Assembly: GCA_044892525.1 (NCBI GenBank) | Contig: CM097885.1 | Coordinates: 23,934,001 to 23,998,000 of the forward strand | DNA from: Schmidtea polychroa | Taxonomy: Eukaryota | Length of the DNA stretch: 64,000 bases | Reading direction: 5' to 3' | Part shown: positions 52,433-64,000 of the stretch, in pieces | Layout: each line of letters begins with the position of its first letter | Position numbering within the stretch: position 1 is the stretch's first letter | The notes under the pieces: generated by a model | Seen by the model: only the letters and a program-made list of their open reading frames with translations | What the model was told of the DNA's origin: nothing | The model's database searches: none | Translations under genes and position numbers: made by a program

Positions 52433-53759
52433 CAGGGTTTCCAAAAAGGTTTCATCCTTTTCCAGAAAAGTTTCATATTTTTCCACAAAATTTCAACCTC
52501 AAATGTAGAAATATTAATATTAATGAAAAATCAAAGATAAAATCAATGTTATTTTATGAATTCTTTAAATTTCCCGCCATTTTTGAGGATATAATAAAGC
52601 ATATTTAAGCCCCAATGGCACCAAGAACAAGACTCACTGACCATCTCAGAGAACTTATATGCGGCAAATACAATGCCTTAAAACCGATTGTTAAAATTGC
52701 CGAAGAGTTGGAATTGAATGTTAAAACGGTTACAGCAGTCATTAAAATATATAAAGAAACTGGAAGAATAAAATCCGCAATCAAAAAATGCGGGAGAAAG
52801 AAGAAAATAACGCCGGAGCAGGTTGATTTTATAAAAAACGAAATCAACGAGGAAGTTTCAATAACTTTAAACACCTTGAAATCCAAAATACTAGAAAAAT
52901 TCAACGTTTCGTTATCAAAAAGTACAATATCCAACGCAATTGAAGCTTTCCATTATAGCTTTAAGAGAGTTACATTGGTTCCTATGGCACGAAACACGAC
53001 TGAGAATAAAGCAAAACGTTTTCAATACGCGTATGATTTTACCCAAATATCGCATGAGAGTTTCATATTTTTGGATGAATGTGGAATTAGCTGCAGCTTA
53101 CGCCGATCTTATGGCAGATGTTTGAGGGGAACTTCCCCAAGAAAACTGTCAGAGCTATCAGAAGCCAAAATATTTCAATATCCGCCGCAATCACTCAGAA
53201 TGGTATTTATTTTTTCGAATACAGTTTTTCAGCTTACAACGGTGAAAAATATGGACTATTTATTGCTAATTTGTGAGAAGTTGAGATTTGAAGGAATTAC
53301 GAACCGGTGTTTTGTGATGGATAATGTTCCTTTCCACAAAATGATAGCCATAAGAGAATTGATCAATAGCGAAGGGCATAGTGTATTATTCTTGCCGCCT
53401 TATAGCCCGCAACTAAATCTAATTGAGAATTTATTCTCGAAGTGGAAAGGTCTGATCAAAGATGCAAACTGTGATACCAAAGAACAACTTTTGGATGCGA
53501 TTCGATCAGCCAGCAGTTTAATTACGGAAGAGGATTGCGAAGGCTACTTTTCTAACATGCTTTCGTTTATTGGGAAAGCTTTTGCTGATGAAGATTTTTA
53601 AATAATTACCTTAATCGTGTACTTCCTTTTTAATTTATTTTAATATTTGTCGATGAAACGTTTTTAAAAAAGGATGAAACTTTTTTGGAAAAGGATGAAA
53701 CTTTTTTGGAAAAGGATGAAACTTTTCTGGAAAAGGATGAAACTTTTTTGGAAACCCTG
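52433..53759 (+). mobile_element. Tc1/mariner-IS630 DNA transposon, full length
   Basis: TA-CAGGGTTTCCAAAAAGGTTTCATCC...GGATGAAACTTTTTTGGAAACCCTG-TA; absent from the homologous sites at ~11280 and ~31720. Confidence 0.95.
52615..53601 (+). CDS. DD34E transposase, probably carrying an internal out-of-frame segment
   Basis: HTH-like N-terminus, FLDECG, VMDN, LPPYSPQLNLIE; 34 residues between the second D and the E. Confidence 0.88.
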   Translation: MAPRTRLTDHLRELICGKYNALKPIVKIAEELELNVKTVTAVIKIYKETGRIKSAIKKCGRKKKITPEQVDFIKNEINEEVSITLNTLKSKILEKFNVSLSKSTISNAIEAFHYSFKRVTLVPMARNTTENKAKRFQYAYDFTQISHESFIFLDECGISCSLRRSYGRCLRGTSPRKLSELSEAKIFQYPPQSLRMVFIFSNTVFQLTTVKNMDYLLLICEKLRFEGITNRCFVMDNVPFHKMIAIRELINSEGHSVLFLPPYSPQLNLIENLFSKWKGLIKDANCDTKEQLLDAIRSASSLITEEDCEGYFSNMLSFIGKAFADEDF

Positions 53760-54927
53760 TATGTATATTTTCTAAGAATTTCATGTTGATTGATTAAATA
53801 TTTAAAGTTTTAATGGTGATTTTAATTGAATTTCTTGATAATTTGCTAAATTTTAAAAAAAAATTAATTTTTTTAATGACTGTTAGGTTAATAATCAAGT
53901 AATAGGTTTAATTTTAGATGACTTTGTATTGCACTTGACTCAATAATCTTTTCTATACTTTTCTATGAATATTTTCATATACACATTGATGAACTTTTAA
54001 AAATACATAAGCTAAGAAACCAGTTAACTTTATCAAGGACTTCAAATTTACTTGAAAATTATTGTAAGATATACTGAAATTTGTGATTTAGTTTGCTATT
54101 ATGATCAATCAATATATATCATCTCTAGGTAGGTATTTGATGGGTGAAATATTTGTCGGAAATAATGAGTATATTATGTCTTTGTTATATAAATCGACTT
54201 TAGCGTCAAAATGGATTTTTAAAATAAATTTAAATTTTAAAATACCGCAACGTAATATATATATATATATACATATTTTTCCTACCTTTCCTTGATTTTG
54301 ATTGGTTAGAATTTGTTCCTGTTTATTATCTTCAGTCTATAAACAATAATCTATCATTAGTCACATTTTACAAATATTTAACTTTAAAAATGAATTCTCT
54401 AATAGAAAACGTTATGAATGTCCGAGAAAAAAATTCAGAAATTTGGTAAATTTTAATTTATTGATTAATTAAATAATTTATTTAGTTACATAATATTAAT
54501 GAAGACAATTTGAAATCGAAGATTAAAGGAAATTTGAAAAGAAAAAGTAAACATAATTTTTAATTTATTGATTTAATTAATTGATAATTTAGGTAATACG
54601 AATGAAGAGAAAAATTATGTCAATAAATCGAAATAAAAATTTACAATGTAAGTATTGATTCCTTTTTATAATTTAAAGGAAATTTAATAAAATTTTTTAT
54701 TTAAGTAAATGTTAATATTTTTAATTTAGTAAATTTTTATTTTTTAGTAAATAAAATTTGTAAAATAAATTTTGTAAATATTCATTGTAATAAATAATAA
54801 TGATTTGCAAATTTTTGCGTAAACATTTATTAAAATATATCATTTAAATTATAATATTTTTTTATTAAATTTTTATTTTATAGGTATACTTTACCCGAAT
54901 TGAGACATCTTTTATTGAATAAAATTT

Positions 54928-55350
54928 ATGGAATTATTTAGTGATTTAAAATCGGATGAGAATCCTAATATGGTGGCAGCGCTAAACACTGACGCAATCA
55001 CCGAAAGATTGCTACCAAAGGTATTCTGCCAAGGTGAGGACTTGGAAAAGTTCATTAAGAGATGCGAAATTTATTTCGACGCCAAGGGAATCACGCAGAA
55101 GAAAGATCAGGAAAGACTAACATCTTGCATGATTGATGAGGATCTCCTGGAAGTGTATGCCAAAACACATAAAAAAGCAGAAGGATTTCAGGCTAGGTTG
55201 CGATTGGCATTCGATCGCGAAAGAGATGTTTTAAAGGATATACAATATATTTTTAAAAAGTGGAGGACCTTGTTGACAGGTTGTTTGAGAATAAAGAATT
55301 CACCAAAGAGAAAATAACAGCAAAGATGTTGATAGTATGTGCTGAGAATA
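54928..55350 (+). pseudogene. gag-like ORF copy with an internal deletion/frameshift
   Basis: 5' end like the 12487 type, core like the 5048 type. Confidence 0.5.
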
Positions 55351-55529
55351 AATAAGTTGAGAAAGAAGTAATATTGCGGAATAATATCGCAATATTAGAC
55401 AATTAACCGAAAATTATGTATAAAAACATCCACATTTGGATATTATACTAATATATTATTTTTATATTATATTATTTTTTTATAAAGTTTCTATAATTAG
55501 CTTAGCAAATATTTAGCTAGAATCAACGA

Positions 55530-56570
55530 AATCAAGAAACCTTCTTTGAAAAACCACCCAAAAGAATTGATTTAATAGGTACAAAGACAATCTTTCATGA
55601 CAGCAGAAGCACATTATTCCCTGTGATTAGACAAAAGAATCAAACAAAGAAACACTGGATGGAAACGACAGCATTACATTGAACAAAAAATCGGTAACCG
55701 ACCTCACAAATTGTCTATCCGAAAAATTGTCTATTATAAACAGCAAAATAGATGAAGCAGCCATCCTCAATTTCAAAACAGCTCTTTGTCGCATTGCGTA
55801 CCAGATCAAATGGATCAATACAATACCTCATGAAAATGAAAATAGCGAACAAAAGCTCCCAGTATACATAAATGCAGATAAACTCTATCAACTAAATCCT
55901 GATGCAGAATTAGATTCAACACTCTCAAAGGTCTGTCACAAAATTATGGAGATAGTTGAGAAGGAAAAAAGAAAACCATAACTCTCAAACCTATCAAAGA
56001 TGAACAAGCAATATTAAAATTCCTCGAAAAGAAACCATACGTTTACTTACCAAGTGACAAGGGGGAGAATTTTGCATTATAGAGTAGAATCGGTACTGTG
56101 AAGCTAGTTACGAACACCTCGGCAATATCGAAACATACAAGAAAGTCAGCCGCATGTCACCAAACAATATCGAAATGAAGATCAACAAAGTATGGAAAGC
56201 CATAGCTTTGGAAATGAAGCTCAACAACAGAATAACCAACAGCTTCGTCACAAAAAATTCTGATCTTCCCAACTTCTACCACCTAATTAAAACTCACAAA
56301 GAGGATTCCGTTATCAAAAATAGGCCTATAGTGTTCAACAAAAATGGACCAACAACTAAAACAAGTTGGCTCCTTGCAAAGATCTTGAAACCTTTATTGG
56401 ACCACACCATCTTTAAAGCAGCGACTGCCTCATGACAAGATTAAATAATAACAAAACTTCTCATAGAGAATTCAAATACCCATTCAGTCTTGATGTCTTA
56501 TCACTATACACATCTATCGAACCAAAAGAGGCTATTCAATGTTTAAAAAAGAAATTAAGAGAAAGAGCAA
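55530..56570 (+). pseudogene. Penelope-like RT fragment (copy)
   Basis: Copy of 330-1400. Confidence 0.8.
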
Positions 56571-56599
56571 TTTCGATTGATTTAGTTTGAATTTTAATT

Positions 56600-56640
56600 C
56601 TACCTGAAGACCACAGTGATTTTGTCGAAATATATTGTAG
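56600..56640 (+). ncRNA. Hammerhead-like motif (copy)
   Basis: Identical to 1431-1471. Confidence 0.65.
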
Positions 56641-56906
56641 TAAAATATATATATTAGATTTAGTGCTTTTCGTTATATCTAAATCAATGCCATTAAATAG
56701 TGATTGTTATAATAAATTTGAAAGTGACACTTTGTTTTATTTCTATTACTCAATAGAAGCTCTTTGGAATTGATGAAGAGATGTAGAATGTTAATGAAAG
56801 AATAACTATCAATGATTAAATTGGATATATGTGATTAAAATTATGAATTTAGTCTATTTCTGTTCTTGCTTAGAAGATGTTCAGATGTTGATTTTGAATT
56901 TCAATT

Positions 56907-56947
56907 CTTCCTGAAGATCACAGTGATTCTGTCGAAATATATTGTAG
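56907..56947 (+). ncRNA. Hammerhead-like motif (copy)
   Basis: Identical to 1738-1778. Confidence 0.6.
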
Positions 56948-57413
56948 TAAAAAATACATAAATACAAGGAGCCCAAAAATTATTTGACGATTATAGAAGA
57001 GTTAGTTGATAAAATATTGGGACATGAATTAAACAAGGAAATATTAATAAATACTTGGAATTGTGACCTTATCTTTTGAATCTGATTAAAAACGATAATT
57101 TACAAGATGTTCTAGGAAATTCGAAAATGGTGACCAAATATATGATTTCTTTATAAAGAAGCTATTTCAGAACGATTACCATAAAGGATATGGTGTAGAG
57201 ATATTCATTATAGAATGTGTTAATTATGAGGAAGAGAAAAGATTCTCAATGTTTTATCCAAAAATATTTTAAAAAAAGATTGAAATTAGTTTAAATAAAA
57301 AACTAAAGAAAAGATAAGTTTTTAGTGCTTAATTTATAAAATGAAATTTATGGAGTTATCTAATAATTTGCAAACCAATATTAATGTTTTAACGAATGAG
57401 AATCCTTATATAG

Positions 57414-59381
57414 CAACGGTGGGCAAATGCGGCTCTTCGTTGAGTAAACTGCGACTCATTGATAATTGAATTCTTGATAATCGAATTCGATTTTTTATTT
57501 TGAAATTTTTTACTAAATGTTTTGAGAAAAAATTTTTTATTGCAATTGTATTTTCATAAATGTCAAAAAATAACGAAACATTGTTTTTCACATTTTACTG
57601 CTTTTTAAAATTATTTTGTAGTAGGCGGCGCTTTGTTATAACAACGAGAGAGAAGCATCAAAAATAAATTTAGTGAATTTTGATTGGTTATTATTTTGTT
57701 TGTACAAGATTGCGGTCGTTTGTATATTTTAGTATAGTTTTCTATTCGTGTTTTTTGAAAAATTTGGTAAGAAGATTTTTTTATGAAGCATTTTAAAATT
57801 TTAAACTAATTAAAATTAAATTAATGTTTTTTATTATTTTGTTTAAATTTCAGCCATATAGTTATTTAAATTTATTATTATAATGACATCAGAAAACATC
57901 AAAAAACGAAAATACAGACAAGAAAATAGAACTTCTCAAGAAGAATGGACAGAAAAGTTTTTTTTATTGACAATAATGGTAAATCGTTGTGTCTTATTTG
58001 TAAAGGTACAATTTCCAACTACAAAGTAACCAATTTACGTCGACACTATGAAGTAAGTCATCCACACTTATCAATTCAATATCCACTCAATTCAAACTTG
58101 CGGACAGAAAAACTTAAGTCATTGCAATCAGGGCTTCAAGCCCAACAAGGACTATTATCTACTTTTAGTCGAGAAGATGACAGTGCCAACGAAGCTAGTT
58201 TTTTGATAGCTTGGAATATAGCTCGTGCTAAACGTCCATATGGAGAAGGTGAATTTATTCAGAGAAACTTGGAAGAAGTGATTAAAGTTTTGGATCCGGA
58301 CAACTCAAAACTACATAAATCGATCTCACGTATTCCTATTTCACGTCGTACAACTGAGCGTCGAATTGGCCAAATTAGCGAAAATGTTGAAAATAATTTG
58401 ATGTGTGATTTAAAAAATTGTACAGCATTCAGTTTAGCTCTCGACGAGTCTACTGACATTCAGGATGTTCCACAATTAGCCGTTTTTGTCCGCTTTGTAT
58501 CTTCTGACGTAAAAGTGAAGGAAGAAATGTTAGACCTAGTAGCTCTTCTCGAAACAACTCGCGGTATCGATGTCAAAATTTAGTTTTGAAGCTAAACTTC
58601 GGCTTTTTGTGAACGATCTTAGGTCGAAAATATTTAATCATTTTCCACGAATAAAAGCTAATATAATTGATATTACAGAAGAAAAAGTAAACGAATACAG
58701 TGAAAAATTGGAAGAATTGCAAGAATTGCAAGCGGATTTCAAATGTAGGTTTGAAGATTTGAAAAGTTATAAATCTACATTTGCATTTTTTGTGAACCCA
58801 TTTATTTGTGATATTATTGAAGATGGATTTCCAATTTCTGAAGTAATACTTGTTAAAAAAGCGGTTGGGGAATTGGAGTTATTAGATATGAAAGAGGACC
58901 AGGCTTTGCAAATGCACCATAAATCTACTTCTATAGTTGAATTTTGGAAACTCGTACCAGAGGCAAAATATCCACACTTAAAACAAGCTGCTTGCCGTCT
59001 AATTTCAATTTTTGGTACAACATATTGTTGTGAATCTTTGTACTCCACAATGAAGTTCGTAAAGTCGAAATATCGTTCACAGTTGACCAATCAGCATCTT
59101 ACAGATTTGCTGCGAACAGCTTTAACAAAGTATACACCAAATTTCAAAGATTTGACCAAAAGTCTTCGTTAATTCAAGAAATTTTATTACTTTTTATTAA
59201 TGGATTTTTATGTTTGTTACTTAATGTTTGAAATAATTATTTTGTTTTTTTTAATAGCGTTTAAGTCTCTTTAATCAATTTAATGAAATAAAAAAAATAT
59301 GTACTTTACTATGGTGGCTCTATGGTAAAAAATAAATTTTCGGAAAATGGCTCTTATTGAACCCATGCGTGCCCACCCTTG
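57414..59381 (+). mobile_element. hAT element (copy) with the same TSD and internal deletion
   Basis: TIRs plus TTATATAG at 57406-57413 and 59382-59389; ORFs 57945-58583 and 58570-59172. Confidence 0.92.
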
Positions 59382-59574
59382 TTATATAGTGTCAGCAGTT
59401 TACACCGATAAGATCACCAAAAGATTGTTGCCAAAGGTCGTTTGTTAAATTGATGACTCGGAGAAGTTCATTAGAAGATGCGAGATTTATTTCGATGATA
59501 AAGGTATAAAAAAGAAATAAAATGAACAGAAAAGATTCTCTGCATGCATGATTGACGAGGATCAATTGGAGAAG

Positions 59575-60022
59575 AAAAAGAAGAAGCAATATTTCTATCT
59601 TAATATCCCATTCATCAGTGACTTACTGGATTTCGAGATCTTTAAAGAACTTAAACGCATCGGTCGTTCGATTCAGATAGCACATAAATCTTGGACATTG
59701 AGTAAAACTCTGGCAAACAACACAAATAAAGAAAACAATTGCACAATGGAAAACTGCCAGACACCGAAAGATATGTGCTTTAGAAAAAAACTATGTTTAT
59801 TGCATCACGTGCAATTTATGCAAGGAAATATACATTGTAAGTACACTCAGGACCTTGCACCAAAGAGTTAAAGAACATCTAGATCCTGGTGGGAAATCTT
59901 CGGTGAACATACATCTCCAACATTGTCAACCAAAAAAAGAAAGAAAAAATATTTCAATCAAAATCGTAGCCAATGGAAACAATCAAAAAAAGTGCTGGAA
60001 CCTGACATTGTCGTCTGAATGA
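59575..60022 (+). pseudogene. Penelope GIY-YIG fragment (copy)
   Basis: Copy of 4401-4848. Confidence 0.8.
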
Positions 60023-60231
60023 AAGACTTAATAATCATAAGAGATATTATGAGGAAGTTTTATGATGAAGAAATTTTTAAATATAAAATTTTAAAAATAA
60101 AATTTTAGATTAATTTTTAAAAAAATAATAAAAAGATATTTTAATTAAAAATATCTTCGTAGAAAATTTGTTTAAATAAGAAAGTTTAAAGAAGATATAA
60201 TTTGATACTGATATTTACTGAAATAAAATTT

Positions 60232-60582
60232 ATGGAAACAAACACTGATTTTAATGTTTTACAGGATGAACATCCTAATATGGTGGCAGCGGTAAACACT
60301 GACGCAATCACCGAAAGATTGCTACCAAAGGTATTCTGCCAAGGTGACGACTTGGAAAAGTTCATTAAAAGATGCGAAATTTATTTCGACGCCAAGGGAA
60401 TCACGCAGAAGAAAGATCATGAAAGATTAACATCTTGCATGATTGATGAGGATCTCCTGGAAGTGTACGCCAAAACACTGAAAAAAGCCGAAGGATTCCA
60501 GGCTAGGTTGCGATTGGCATTCGATCGCGAAACAGATGTTTTAAAGGATCTACTTTGTTTTTGCACATTTTTCTTTAATTAA
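60232..60582 (+). pseudogene. gag-like truncated ORF copy
   Basis: Copy of 5048-5398. Confidence 0.5.
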
Positions 60583-61831
60583 TATCTCAATTACTCCACA
60601 ATGACCTTCCTGATAAATATTCGTTATTTCAAACATCAATGGTTATTTTACATCATAACCCGAATAGAATTTCATTAAACTCTGTTACAAAAATATTTTC
60701 CTTCCATTTCTGGTATTTTCTGTTATATTCTCTTTGTCATTCAATGTAAAACATTCAGAACTGAACTCGAAATCTTTTCTGAATCAAAACATTTATTTGG
60801 TTTTTGGATTAGTTTATATATTATATAATTTAGATAAATTTAAACAAATTAATTATTAACTTAAATGATATTCAAATTTATAATATTTTCCAAAAAAATA
60901 TATAAAATTTATAAAGTTTAAAAATAAATTGTAAAAAAAATTTTATTCTTTTGAAATATTTGGTCGCAAATATCAGAATATGACAAATTTTGTTTTTTTA
61001 AAATATATTTTTATACTAAATTCACTTTTTCTTATTTATAATACAACACCAATTATATCTAAATTACTAATAAATTATTTTTTAAACGCTTTATTAAACT
61101 TAATATTAAATATGTATTTAATAATTTATAGCATAAGCAAAATAAATAATTTTAAATGACTATTAAAATAAAAATAATAATATTTTACAATTTAAAAATT
61201 ATTATTTATTTTAAATAATATTTAATTTTATTGATATATATTTTAAATAAATTATCATTTTAAAATTCTTTGACTTAAACGAAGAGTGTTCATTAAAAAT
61301 ATTTTTTTACAAAGTTTATTTCAATACAAATTTAATAAATTATTTTAAAATCTTTATATATTTCAAATTTTAAAAATATTGAAAAATATATTGTTCGATT
61401 TTAAAAATTTATATATAATTTTTTTCTGATTTCAGGTGTCTTTAAAAAAATTAACAATTACAACTTTCAACATGTTATATGAAAAATTGTATTTTAAAAT
61501 ACGGAAATGTTTAAACATGCTTTACACAAACTTTAATTTAAAGCTTCACAAACTCGTTAAATATTAAATTGTATTCTCAAGTTATAAAAATTTATCTAAT
61601 TCCCCAAAATATTAATTTCAAATTTTCATTACAATAACCTATAAACGGCATTCATTGGCTTTCCTAATTTATATTTTAAAATATTTATATTAAATAAAAA
61701 AGAAAATAAGTCAATTAAATACACATGATTAATCGTTTAAAATTTCTGTTAATATTAAAATTAATAAAAAGCGCAATTGACTGGATTTTATTTAATGTCC
61801 ATTTAGTCATTATCAATTGCGCTTTGGTTTA

Positions 61832-62724
61832 CACCAAACACCACTGAGAACCGTTTCCTATAATATAACAAAAAAATCAATAATCTTACATTATAGAAAC
61901 ATACATACTTACTTTGATTTCACGCTGATGTTCTAATTTATAGCTCAGTGAGATACATCTTATATTTTAGAAAACTGAAAAGTGGAAGGAAAATTAAAAA
62001 CTGCACACAAACGCAACACATACTAAAAAGCACATACAAATTTTTGATTCGTATAAATGTAACGATGAGATACGTTTCTATAATAAACTTTATTTTTGAC
62101 AATTTTTAGAAAAAAAGATCGTTGAAAATTTTTAAAATTATATTTTTAATGAAAATATTAAGAGCAGATGAATTTGGTTCAATATCATTTCAATCCAGAT
62201 TTGATTTCCTGAAAGAAGCTCCTCATATTGAGCTCAGAAAAAAAATTACAAAAATTATTTTAATCATCGATTTTCCCCAAAATGTTTTAAAAAAATAAAT
62301 ATTTTAGGTGATTGATTTATTTATTTCATTAACTATAATTAAAAATATATCGGACTCACATTTTTTTGAAATAATTCTAAAATAAATAGAGCTAAATATC
62401 ATAAAATTCCTAGAAACCCTGAAAATTAATTAAAATAATATATAATTATACTGTTGATTAAAAGTAATATTTAAGAACTTGAATAATGATCTCATATCTC
62501 ATATGGATCAGAATTCAAGTCTTAAAATTTACTTTAAATAAAAAAAATTACTTGAAAGCCATTTGTAAAATGGCTAAAATAAATTTCCAAAATATATAAA
62601 TGAGACATGATAAATTGACAAAGATGATTTACAATTACAACCAATTACAATTGGTAAATAAATTGGTGAGTGAATTTACACGCCAACCACCACTATAGAG
62701 AACGTATCTCAGTGGTGTTTGGTG
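61832..62724. mobile_element. MITE, complete copy
   Basis: Perfect 18-bp terminal IR CACCAAACACCACTGAGA, TA on both sides. Confidence 0.72.
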
Positions 62725-64000
62725 TATATGTGCTGTATTTGTGTGTTAATTTTATTTTTCTACCACTTTCTCACCTTCTATATAAATGATTTTATTCATT
62801 AAAACATTAAAATTTAAAGCGCAGGTAAGTTTGTGTGTTTCCATAATACAGTCAGTCTATTGAATTTCTTTGTATAATATAACTTCTTATATATTGAAAG
62901 TAAATAAAAGAAAGAATTTTAAATTTATTATGACAAAGTTTGAATAATTGCAAGCTGTTGAGAAATGAAATTTTTTATGAAATAATTTTGTAAGATAATT
63001 TTAAATAGAAAGTTTTATGAAATAATTTTCAAAGGCAAAATTTAATACAAATTTTTATTAAATTAATTTCAAAGATCGATTTCAATTAATTTCTTCTACT
63101 AAAAATATTAGTAAACAAGGGTTATATTTGGTAAATAAGTAAATGAAGGGCTAAATTTTAAAAACTAGTAATAAACTTTGAAAGATAATGAGAATAATTT
63201 AATTTTAAGTAAATTAAGAGTCTAAAAATTGATCAAATTAAATTATGGGCTTTTATTTTTAAAAAAAAGTAATCATTGTTCAAAGATTTTAAAAATTTAA
63301 GTAATATTTTTAAATTAAGTAAAATAAATAAAAATTTTAAATTAAAGTAAATTTTTAAATAAGTTAATTAAAGTAATAATTTTAATTTTATAATCAAAAA
63401 GTTTGAATGATAGGCAGCTTTTGAGAAATGAAAATCTTTAATGAAAGCTTTTATGAAATAATTTTAAAAGAAAATTTAGATGCAAATTTCGCAAGTAATA
63501 ATTATAATAATAATAATAATAATAATAGTAATAATAACTCAACCAAATACTTAACAACAAAAGACTTTATTAACAACACATAAAAAATAACTATAATAAT
63601 AAATAAAAATTAACAAGACAGTGATAAAGATACAAAATTTATTCATCATTATATATTTGCTTATAATAAGCTTTTCTTAATTCAGGAAGAAGAATATTTC
63701 TTAAATTCTTGTCAAAATCTAAAATTCAACCAGATACCTACAACCAAAATACTAACAAATATGTACTATCTAGGTATTATTTACATTCAGATAATAAATA
63801 CCAACTATCAGCTGCTAAGGATTTTTAACTAGGTACTAACAAATAAGTACCAAATACTTACAACTAAGAACTTACAACCAGATAGCTGCTACCATGTATT
63901 AACAACCAACAAACAACTAGCTACTAACAGATTAGTTTCAAAGATTATTTACTAACAATCAACAACAACCAACTAACTAGGTACCAGATACCAAATACTA

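Noticed and set aside
53650..53759. CRISPR-like array
   Set aside because: Contiguous 21-bp repeats without spacers, part of a transposon end in eukaryotic DNA

Overview
A very AT-rich, repeat-dense eukaryotic (probably animal) region made almost entirely of transposon and virus-derived DNA; no intact host gene is evident. The layout is A-B-P-B'-P-B''-A'-B'''. Block A (~1-4530 and ~55360-59700) holds a Penelope-like RT fragment, two hammerhead-ribozyme-like motifs and an internally deleted hAT element inside a gag-like ORF. Block B holds a Penelope GIY-YIG fragment, gag-like ORFs, a TA-flanked MITE and AT-rich satellites; B'' also carries a DD34E Tc1/IS630 element. P is a right-truncated Polinton/Maverick (adintovirus-like) element present in two near-identical tandem copies ~20.4 kb apart (13296-24340 and 33710-44737). 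Each copy encodes a major capsid protein, a Zn-finger/PLA2/integrase fusion, a packaging ATPase, a pX-like core protein, an adenain protease, a penton, a fibre-like protein, a membrane protein and the C-terminal part of pPolB. Both copies share the same disabling lesions. The most unusual signals are three tRNA-like Pol III (A-box/B-box/T-run) units inside the Polinton, reminiscent of adenovirus VA RNAs; the parvovirus-type PLA2 fused in frame to the integrase; and a short 28S rRNA fragment between direct repeats. All family calls come from motif recognition by eye; no database searches were run.
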